A stretch of DNA of 64,000 nucleotides from Bispira polyomma (Eukaryota), in the NCBI GenBank assembly GCA_965649765.1, contig OZ287748.1, positions 34,906,001-34,970,000 of the forward strand. Direction: 5' to 3'. The translations under genes were made by a program, and so were the position numbers. This document shows positions 53,063 through 64,000 of the stretch, in pieces (position 1 is the first letter of the stretch; every line of letters begins with the position of its first letter). The notes below the pieces were generated by a model. That model had not been told where the DNA came from, made no database searches, and worked only from the letters and a program-made list of their open reading frames with translations.

Positions 53063-56000
53063 GTCGATCTTAACTAAAGGGTGAACGATTACACATTAAT
53101 TTTGAATAGATTGTTGAACTAATGATAAGATATGTGATTTTTAAGTGACTTTCATTGAATATACCTGTTAATATCTGTTGCTACCTGGCGACTAGCTTTA
53201 TCTGTTCAAAACTAGAAATATGATATCACAGTGAAGGTATCATTATCATTGTATGACCGAATCAAGATGAAATAAATTTATAATATATAATATTATATTT
53301 ATGGGTTAGTGCATGGACAATGTAAGCTATTAGATTGAGAATCAGATCAAGGTGGATTTTTGTTGGCAAAGTGATATACTCTACTAAGTGCTCTTCTAGT
53401 TTTATTATTGCACTGAACCATAATCCATAAGGATTGCACATTTTGGACAATCAGAAGATTACATCATAACTACATTGATTTTCAATTAAGATCTCAGTAT
53501 GATGCTAAAGCAATGTAGATTGACAAGTTTTGACCTAGTTGAAAACACCTAGGTCTCCAGTGGCTGTCAAGTATCACTTATTGTGCCTCTGCTGAGTGAG
53601 ACTGAGGCAAACGGGGTGACAATTTACATTTAAACTAAATTTCCGTATTTGGTTGCTCACAGCAGGGGCAAGATCACCGCCATTGTGGTGGCCGCCTGTG
53701 ATTGCCTAATTAGAACACACATTGTTTCCATAGATAATGTATTGCAATGGCCAGTTAGTTCAGTACAAATATTAAATATTGCAGCATTCTTTGTCTTAAG
53801 TTATAACTTAAGCCTTCAACTTTAATTTCATTTTGCATTGGGTTATTTTGTGTAAGCTTCAACTCAATTAGATTTAGAAAAATCATACTTAAAATTAGCC
53901 AAATTGCATAGGCTAAACAGATGACCAGAGGTATTAAGAGTTGACACGAATTTGACAGGAGTCCCGCCGAGCTGTCTGGAGTTAGTTCTAGCTAAGCATG
54001 TTTGTGTCCTGTATAAGAGATCCCCTTTTAGGTCATTCACAACTCCTTGAGTTAACATAGAGTTACAGCTCAGACATAGATGGTTTAACTGGGAAAAACT
54101 TGGTTAAAGTTGTGAGAGTAACTTTAAGCAGATATGTCACTCAATCACAAACATATAAACTAAATACACATATGATTTAACTTTACTTGCATAAACATAA
54201 TACTGACAATTGTATTTGCAAAGTTAAAAAATATACATTTCCTGCTTAAATGTTTCCACATATTAAGCTTCATGACAAATTATTATGCCGGATTACATGT
54301 AAGTATCTAACCACCGTTGAATCCAGGCCTAAATTCTATATCACTAAAACAACAGACAATAAGTATCTTTAATGAGACATCTTTAATACGTTGTTCTTGT
54401 GAGAGTCGACACTGTCACAAAGTATGTGACCTATCAGTGTCTCCTTAGAGGGTTAGATGACCTTATGTACACATACAGAAAGGCGAGGGTAGACTCTGGG
54501 GTTCCTTGATCACTACTTCAGACTTCAAGGAGATCTATCTACTCAGATTGAAATGACTCTCTGTAATTGGCCAGAGACAGTTTTTAGCATCATTTAGGAC
54601 TTTCTGTGAATTCTGTCTAATTTAACATGTTAGATATTCCTAAAAAAACTACCATTCCTGTAGGAATTTTAATCTTTATCATTGTTGTATAATAGATACC
54701 GACCTTTCTCTCACTTTTGGGAACTGTCATCTTATATGTTGATGAATGCTTTAGAAATAAGCATTCTAAAACATACAGACCATTATTTCTAATTCTTTGT
54801 TGGGGGTAAGTACACATTGACTAGTATAATAGCCATTAGATAGCCAGCTAATTCTGGGTTTTCTTTTTTATTAAAAACTAGGCTGCTATTTACACGGATT
54901 CTAATTCTTAATGTTTGTCTCCAAGCAAATTGAATGGCTGAATGATATGTCAAACAATTTGATTTGCTGAGACTTAAAAAAATCAAAGATTACTATTCTT
55001 AGTTTGCTTGTGGTTAATTGTCCTGATCTTTAAAATAGAACTGGAACATTTAAATGTGTCAGTAAAAGTGATTTATCCAAAGGCTACACAACCACAATAA
55101 GAAATACTTTTTAGACCACCACCAAATCAAGGTCTAATTGGTCAGAAAACCGTCTGTTTGGAAAACTATCTCAATATACACAGAATGTCAAGGAAATTTG
55201 TCTGGAATAGGAGATGTTGCTTTAATTGTGCAATTAGGTAGTGGAAAGTGGGAGTTTCACACTGACAAAGAAAGCAAAATGGTCCCTGTTACTGGGAGAT
55301 GTTATTGATCAAAACAGCAAACAGATTTTATAAAAAAAGGTTTTTTTCAAACAAAGGGTTCAATCGGTTTTTAAGAAATAGTCCACCAGGGGGGAAATTA
55401 TATGCTAAAAAATTCACTAATAAAGTAAATGTCAGGATGCATTTGATTTAATAGATGATGCAGTATCACTGATACTGCTATTAAATAATTTACTGCCCAT
55501 CTAGTTGTTTGTGTTTTGTTTAATTAGCATTGCTAACCAAAAAACACCAAGGAAAGAAATTCTCCATTGGGCTTATGGTATATTTTAAAGATGTATTTTT
55601 ACTTAATTAGCAGTGTATTTAAAATATAAGACCGAAATGTATAAATATGATAGTGTAAACAAGGCTGATGGTCTGGTACAAAATATAGTAATTTTACCAG
55701 TTTTTATTACCAAGCCCATCTGTGTTGGAGTTATTATGACCTATACAATTTCTTCCGCGATAGAAGATAACATCCTTCCGGTGTGAGTGCAGTGCAGTGT
55801 GTGACCAATCTTTAGTGTAAAGGGGGTAAGGATAGTTATGATGATTCACATTATAAAAATATTAGTGCCATATTATTACCAGATATGTAAATATATATTA
55901 TATGTGTTTTTTTATGGCAGTGACAATGTACCATTGGGCTTACAGATAATACCTCTCGAGAAAAGCTTCTTATGTGGTGGTTGATAGATCATTAGAGACA

Positions 56001-58273
56001 ACTATTAATGCAATTCTGCTTATAATGTTGTGTCTTTTAAACATTAGAAAATCCCTTTTGATGTCCTGTGTAAAAAGTTGCTGTCATATGATAAATCTTC
56101 ACAGTAGTGTCGGATAACAATCTCTTACTGGGAAATGAGACAATACAAGGTGGAACACCAGGACATGATATTCACATTAAACAAATCATATTCTGCCACA
56201 AAGAAGATTTTTTTACTCCCCTTGTGTGTCAATGGCCTCTAATTACCTTTTCAAATCACTTTTTTTTCAAATCAATTCCCAAACAAGACACTAGATTGAT
56301 AGATAAAAAAGCTAAAATAGGTTTATTGGACTCGGATGGAACAGGTTGCAATGAATTAAAATGATGAATGTAATATGGCACTGCCATGATTTTACTTGTA
56401 ATTTTAATATACGAATATAGCATCAGTAATAAAATAACAGATTCAAAAACTGTATTACTAAATCATTTTGCAACATCCAATAAAACTAGCTATGTATATC
56501 TAACTTGTTTCAGGGACATTAAAACTTTGCTTTCTAAAAGATCAATCAGCTTTTACTGGAGATCGAAAAGTTTTCCAAAAGCTTTCTAAAAGATCAATCA
56601 ACTTTTACTGGAGATTGAATCAGATCTGGAATCTAAGAACTTATCTTTCGCTTCTGATTGCCACATACCATATACACAATACATCCATTGGGTGATTTTA
56701 TATTGTTTTTGTCAGTTTTGCCTAATTTTAGCCTCGATATATGTAAAGACCTATTTAAACATCTAATTTGCAGACAAATTACTGAATGGCAGCTGATTTA
56801 AATCACTTAAGCTTCACAGTACTACACTTTGGTAACATATCTATATCTACAAAAGGATCCTGTTAAACATTGTTACCTTCCCAAAAATGTTGGGGCACTG
56901 AAAACTATTAGCTTTGATACAACCACAGCGATACACTTTCACACTTTAAAAATAGGTGTTGGTACTAAATGAGAACATTCCCTAAAAACAACTTACGAAA
57001 CATATCATTAATGTGCAAAGCTTCCTGGATGAGCTTCCTGTCCGTTCTAAGGAATAAAAACACATTAAGCCATTGTTATGTGCCAGCAGCATGTCATTAT
57101 GTTATGTTTGTCACTTAAAGAACAATGCCAATAATGACACATCAGTCAGTCCTTATTTTGCCTAGTATGCTGCTGAACTTTTTGTACTGTTGATGTAATC
57201 AGTTTCATCTTAAATCCTGCAAAAACCTATTTAGATGGCTCATCTGAGTATCCACTTATAGCCCTCAAGATATTATGACTTTATATAAAAATGTGCCGCT
57301 CCAATTACCTGTGTAGGTATTTCAAGTGAAAGTGTAGCACCTGTTTTAGTTTAGTTTTAGATTTTAGTTTTATATGGATGATTTATAAAGATGATTTAAA
57401 ACATATACCATGTTTTAATGGAAAATGGTCGAAGTTTAAATAAAATTGCTCTGATAACTCTTGTTTTGATTGTTTTAAAGAGTGAGGATGTTTTTGCTAA
57501 GTATATTTACTTTTAGTTAAGTCTAAATGGAAGTTAAATTCTCAGCATGAAGCAGTATCTCCAAGGTTATTATGTCTAAATACTCATACTTCAAGTGTAT
57601 CAACTCTACACAACATTATTTCTTCTTTACATCATTGGGGTTACAAGTCCCGACTTTACTTATACTTCAATATACACCATAATTGAGCCAGAAACTGTCA
57701 ACGCCTTTGACTGGTACTATCACCAATGTAGGCTTAAACTGCCCATAAACCTGAAGTTACCAAAGAACCCCACTTTGTAACACACGGAAAGAAGAACCTC
57801 AGTTTAACTGATTTTCTAATAAACAAAAGAAGTAAAATTCTTATTCTGTCTTTAAGTTTGGGGAGCCAGACACCTAGGGCACCGAATCGCCCAGCAGAGG
57901 ATTCTGTCTACCAGGGCTCCTATTCAACAAGCGTGAACTCAGAGGGGGTTTAGTAAACAGTATCCTCCACGCAGAGTCTGGGCTACAATTCCCCCAAACA
58001 GCCTATTTCTCAATTATCCTTTGTCAGTAGGACTAACTTCAAGCCATATATTCGTAAATAAATTCCTTAATCATAAAATAGTCTTGGTTTCGTCCAACAG
58101 GCATAATGCAACGCAAAAACCTTACAAAATTATAAAATTGCCTTATATCTTATGACTAAAAGTTGTCTAATTTTTGTTGGTCTTAATCTAACGAGTCTAA
58201 TGCACGTGAGAAACCATAGTAAAGTAAAATAATCTTAAATCTACCTATTTGCTAAAGCTGTGGCAAGGGGAGC

Positions 58274-60022
58274 TACTTGTTGCTTCAACTTAAGAATGCA
58301 ATATGGATGTTAAAACATACATTGACTTCAAAAAAGGGGAAGGTTCTGGCCCTCTGATTAGCTGGTGAGAGGAATAGACAGATGGTGGTGAGAGCATAGG
58401 TGCTCTGATATTAAAATCTTAGGGTAGAGCCAAACTAATGGTGTTGTGGACTGAAGAAGCAGGCCCCTAAATTAGCCTTGCTTACCACAGTCCTCATGTT
58501 GAGACTGAGAAAGGTCAAGTTAAGATTCAAAGCCAATTATGATAATGTTTTTATAGGTATTTTGTGTAAAGACAGGTAATAAAAGATTTTATTTGAGCAT
58601 TTTTTACATGGTAGTTCCTATGTACATGTGACATCTATTTTAAAATAGTAAAAGCTAAAAATTACACCAAATTTTAAAGCCCCAAGCCAAACTAAAGGGA
58701 AGAGAGAATGGAAGAAGCAAAGGTAAGTGGCACCAATGAGGCAGCGTGTGAGGTGTTTTGAAGATATGCCTAGACTGCTAAGGATCTCCAAAGGCCTCTA
58801 TTGGGTGCTCTCCTGCCAAGACAGCCTACCTCTTCAATCTCTTGCATGTTAAGGGCCCGACAGGCCACGGAAAGGATGCTGCGTCCTTCAAAGCATATAA
58901 CAGTTGATGTAACATGTCCCGAAGTACAGCGATGTCGGCGACTTGCAGTGCGTTCGATACCTTCCCTGCTACCCACTGTGGTAACATGAGATCATCATAT
59001 GTGGGGCCTTTCCATGCCGAGCCGCCTGCCCACCCCTAATTGGGCCACCTGAAACAAGCATCAACCGTGGTAAGGTCGATTTAATTTGTGAAGTCAGCTT
59101 ACCTTGTAGCAACTGTCTCTGGGCTAGTAACTCGTACTCTGCTAGTTGTTGCAAGACAGCCAACTGGACAGTAGACAATGCCCTCAGCACATCTCCGTTG
59201 GGGGCAATTCCGTCTTGTGAGTAGCCTGACTGCGTCTGCATTGTGGGCACATTTGTAGCCTCTAACCCGTAGTGACTTGGCAGATGTGTGAGAACCGTCT
59301 CTTGCCTTATGAGTGGTAACTGTGATAGAACACTAGTTGGAGGTACCCCAAGTGGTACGGCAGGGGTAGTCCTAGCTTCTACTCCTTTGATCCATTCGGA
59401 TAACGAGATGTTTGATGGTTCCAGATGTCTTAGGATAGCAAGCATCTCACTCATCTGCCCCACCCAAGTTGGTTACTGGTTATGAGAACCATGACTCATG
59501 GACACAAAGGGGGCTGGATTGTTGACATTCGCCGCCAGTATACTAGTGACAGGGGTCGAGTTGTGTAAAACCGAGGTCGCCACTTGGCTTTCCAGTTTAG
59601 TGAATAACGCACCTAATACCTGTTGCGTACTTGCAGCTTTCATCGTCATGGGTTTTTTTGTCTTGTGTGTAGGAGTTTTCTGAACTTTTCACATTTCCCA
59701 GTTGATCACTTTTTATGTTGAAACGTATATATTATGATGAATCAATGTAAAATAAAACTAACACGTTTTATAACACATGTACAATTGTTCATAAAAAAAA
59801 CGAAAATAAAAATACTTGTTGCTTCAATTTCAGAATGTAATATGGATGTCTGAACATACTGGAACTTTAAAAGGGGGAAAGTTCTGGCCCTCTGATTGGC
59901 TGATGACAGGGACGGACAGATGGTGGTGAGAGCATGGGTGCTCTGATATTAAAATATTAACTTAGAGACAAACTAATGGTGTTGTCGACTGAAGTAGCTG
60001 GCCCCTAAGGTGCCTTGCTTAC
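58274..60022 (-). mobile_element. Internally deleted YR retrotransposon (third family) with about 210-bp direct repeats at 59813-60022 and 58274-58485
   Basis: Gag homology (DGIAPNGDVLRAL, QGK, PQWVAG, LKDAASFPWP, NMQEIEE) fused at about 58800 to the YR tail (GLWRSLAV*AYLQNTS..TFASSI). RT is absent. Confidence 0.88.
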
Positions 60023-60669
60023 GAAACTTCACATTTGTACATACACAGTCAGTACATGGCATATTGGCGTCATTCATGCTGTTACAAGTCTAAGACTCGA
60101 AGTGCAACCACTTGCATTGATATAATCATTAACATTAGCTACATAGCCTAAAATAACTAAAAACAATGACTTGTAATGTCAAGTGGCACTGTACATAATT
60201 CAATAGAATATTAATAACAATAAGGGTGGAATGTCTGTGAAGCTTTAATCAAATTTTATGGACAAAAGCTCACTTTAAGGCAAATAAAAATGTCATTCGG
60301 CTTGGCTGATATGTTTTTCAAGAATTGTTTATTGTGAACTTATTTAAATAATCTTTAACCCACTAATTTTTAATATTTTACTTAAGTCTGTTGCCTGATA
60401 ACTGTAAATGTGTGCAACAACAATTCCACACACATCCAACATTAACAGTAGCAACTAATATAATTGAATAAACTGCAGTTTTTTTAATAGAAATCATTAT
60501 ATACAGTTATGTTATACCATAAACGAACATCTTAAACATGAGATGTCAATTTTTCAACCCAATATCTTTGCAACAGACATTTTTACATTTCTAACATGTG
60601 AGCATTATTATATATGACACAATTCAAATCTAAATTATTACACAGAGCACAACTAACACATATCACATT

Positions 60670-62030
60670 TTGATGCATTTCAATAATGCACCATTAAGCT
60701 GAATTAAATTTCATAATGCAATATGCAATATGCTTTATTCTGGGTTCCTATAATTATTTATTACATCTTGGCTAAATTGTAATTGTTTTAATCCGTCGAC
60801 TATTTGTCATACTAAAATGAATTAAGCTTATTTTTCATATGCAATTCAGTGTAATGAACTATACTTGAATATGAACTGAGACAATAGAAGTCAATAATTT
60901 TCAAAGTTAAAACTTGCTTTAATTTTACCTTTTGAGGAAGGATTATCCAGTCCTCTATGGTATAAGTACTCTTCTATTCTTTCCACATTGGTTTGAAGAG
61001 AATATAATTTACATAGGGGATGTATAGTGGACCTAGAGTCAAGAATGGTACTCAATTTTAAAGACATAAAATCCAAATTTGGCTTAATGAAAACGAAATA
61101 CCTGGATTATTATAGAATTAAATCTTTAGTAAGTAAGTATTTAACTACATTGAAAAAGAATGACTCTTTCTAATGCCAGTTCATCAGTCCTATATAACAA
61201 TTTTTTCAAAAAATAGTAATGTTTAGTAGAGTTCCATAAAAAGTTTTTAATTGTTAAAAAATAGGTTTTGTAATGACACATGAAATACAGAGGTTAATAT
61301 TGATACAGATAGTTGGAAGTTTGCATACAGAACTTGTTTTAGAGCTGTGACAGATAATCGTTTAATTAGAACTGTGACAAATAATCGTTTAATTTGGCTG
61401 TAATACCATATCCTAACACGTCGTCTAGCAGTTGACATTTTAAGAAACAAATGAATATCTTGGCAAGTGCAAAGTGTAGACTATGTAACTTACAAGAGGA
61501 TCAATTATCCATTTGTTTATGAGATGTAATGTGTCAAATGGAATATGAAAACAGATAACAAGCTGGATCTAAAATGTTTTGAATATAATAACTACTTTTA
61601 CTGCCTACTATATTATAATAGGCTATCCTTTTTTCGATTAAAACTTTACACCAAGTAACACAGTAAAATTAGTGACAAAATATTACCTTTTCTAATTTGC
61701 TCAATAGGATAAAAAATGCATTTGCATGTTATAAAAAGAATAATTAAACAAATACACAACCAGCAGGAAATGCTTGGCAAGATACAATCATTTTTTTATA
61801 ATTTCAGTAAAATATGGAATTGATGTAAAATGTTAATGGAACAATAATACAATTGTCAGTTTAAAGGTATTTTTGGCTCTAGGAGTATCAATAAATATGT
61901 TTATAATGGTAAACTACAAGTTATGTCAATTGTAACAGGTCAGTGTAGCCTTTAATCCCCTTTCCCACACTGTTCCAGCATAATTATTGTTAAAAGGGAA
62001 TCAAAAAAGAAATAAAAATATTTAAAAAAA
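60670..62030 (+). mobile_element. Highly decayed L1/Tx1-like LINE 3' region
   Basis: KCRLCNLQED..IIHLFMRCNVS at about 61470-61545 (zf-RVT-like). A-rich end at about 62003-62030. Confidence 0.5.
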
Positions 62031-62577
62031 ACTATGCAAGATGTTGAAAATGACGTAAGTTGATATATGGTAAACTTGATATTTCTCTTAATAAGAGACT
62101 ATAATTTTACAAGATGAGATAAGATGGGTGAAGAAGATGTTACTTAAGTTATACTTCTTATGTTTAAAAAACATTTAAACAGCTATAGAATTCCGTAGTG
62201 TGGGATATAAGCATGAAATCATATACACACGATTATTGATATTGCAAAACGTATATTAGCACTCAACACTTAGCGTATCCACATGTTCAAAAGATTTAAT
62301 TAAAGTATTTTTTTTTCTTTTGTTTGGACAATCAGTTTGCTGGACAAGTTTTATGAGCTTTTAATTATGGAAATATTGTATGCACGGAAACACCATTCGT
62401 GTTACAGAAAAGCAAAACCCAGATGAGTACTGGGTATACCACAGTGTCATATACAATTGTTTAGTTGTTGCTCATTGCAAAATGTTACTTTGTGGTATGA
62501 ACGTGATATATATATATATATATAATAAGTCATTCTTTGTACTTTTTCATATTTAGACAGACATCCTTAATGGGTCA

Positions 62578-63245
62578 CATAATAATAATAATAATAATTA
62601 GTTCTTGTAGAGCGCAATTCTAGTAACTATGTGAAAAATCAATGTGCTAACTCCAATGTAAAAGCACTTTTACTCAGGTAAGTTTTAAGTTTTTTCTTGA
62701 AGTCATTGAAATTCAGTTTGATGTTGCGCATATCATCAGGTAAGCTATTCCAGTAGCGGGGTGCGGCAACTAGAAGAGAACGGTATCCCTTGCTTTTCAG
62801 TTTCCATTTATGTTCTTTCAGCTTGTTGGCTTTGTCACCAGATCGCAGGGGTCTTGCAGGTTGGTAAACAGAGAGCAGGGACTGAATGTAGTCTGGAGCA
62901 TCATTGTTCAATGCTTTAAAAACAATTAAGTTCCCCTTTGTAGATGATCCGCTGCCAAACAGGTAACCAATGCAGTTTCATAAGAGCAGGCGTTATTGAG
63001 TCAAACTTTCTCAGATATAAAATTATCCTAGCAGCTGTATTTTGAACACGTTGCAGTTTTGCAATAAGAAACTCTGGAATGTCAATGTAGAGGGAGTTAC
63101 AGTAGTCTAGTTTCAGCATGAACTATTGCTTTAGCTGATTGAACAGTCAGATAGGGTCGAATAATACAAATGTTCCTGAGATAGCAGTAGCAAGACCTAC
63201 ATATGTAAGTGATATGATCATTAAATGAAAAATCTTCATCATGTC
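62578..63245 (-). mobile_element. 5'-truncated L2-type LINE
   Basis: KLDYCNSLY..IP...IAKLQRVQNTAARII, LHWLPV, AAPRYWNSLP and FKKKLKTYL motifs. (att)n tail at about 62580-62598. Confidence 0.92.
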
Positions 63246-64000
63246 TATTGTTTGTTAAACAAAAAGTTTATTGTAACATAAGCTACTAACTCATAATGAA
63301 ACTTTCCAGCATCTGGTGTTTTTGTAATTAATTATCCATCAATTCTGAAGTAGGCCAGTCATTCATCTTCACTAGGTTTTTTTGTTTTGACATTTTCTGA
63401 AAGCAATAAATTATAGAAGACAGAGAGTTTATGTCAAATTAAAACAAAAAGAAAGAAATACTGTCTTACATTTGTAGTTTTTCTATTTGGCAAACAATGA
63501 TGTATGAGATAAACTAGGTAGGGAACATATGCACAACTAAGAATGCTTCCTCTACCAAATCAGAGATATGTTTAAAGTAACCTGGGATTACTTCAGTCAA
63601 TAAATTAGTAACACTTTGGTTATGTTTTGGTTGGTAACCTACAACACACTAAGTTGTTTATTGTCTACATGCTTAGATACTTCGTGTTTTGGCCACAACA
63701 CCTGGTGCTCTGTGACTATGCATTTACATTTTGACTCAGTATGGGACACTTAAATACAAATGCACTTGTGAAAATAAACCATTTTAATTTACAGCCACCA
63801 AACAAAGAGACTCTGTGTGAGTGTCTTTGAAATTGGGTTTATGGAATATATATTGTTGGCACAAGCAGATATAATAGAGAGTGTGTCTTGACCTTGTGAG
63901 GCAACATTTGACCTTGATGGAGAAACATAAGGAGTTTAGTATATTAATTTAGTCTACCAGAATGGACAGACTAACAGATTTACGTTTAACATAAAATGAA

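Larger units (their letters stand above)
49740..60650. repeat. Paralogous block U4 of the segmental duplication (several insertions and deletions)
   Basis: Matches U1 (20140-20620, 21081-24670) and U2 (31270-33680, 36125-38870). After the insertion at about 57590-60040 it resumes matching U3 at about 45600-46220. Confidence 0.8.

Overview
AT-rich eukaryotic genomic DNA, probably an invertebrate (possibly a mollusc). It has no confidently identifiable intact host gene and is dominated by transposable elements and segmental duplications. The main feature is a near-complete tyrosine-recombinase (YR) retrotransposon of the DIRS order (Ngaro-like; gag, RT/RNase H, YR) on the minus strand at about 6884-12192. 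Four further partial relatives lie at 1-727, 20695-21080, 27420-29648 and 58274-60022. Comparing these copies suggests an unusual expression plan. Pol lies in frame behind the gag amber codon (UAG-G, a readthrough candidate). The YR frame opens at a conserved splice acceptor that joins in frame to a conserved donor inside gag. The element ends share a covarying stem-loop/inverted-repeat motif, and one insertion site mimics that motif. Also present are L2 and L1/Tx1 LINE fragments, a tRNA-derived SINE, a Harbinger transposase relic, MITEs, a Kolobok-like TTAA element and a duplicated solo LTR. Four diverged paralogous blocks between 20 and 60.6 kb may derive from a long decayed coding sequence.
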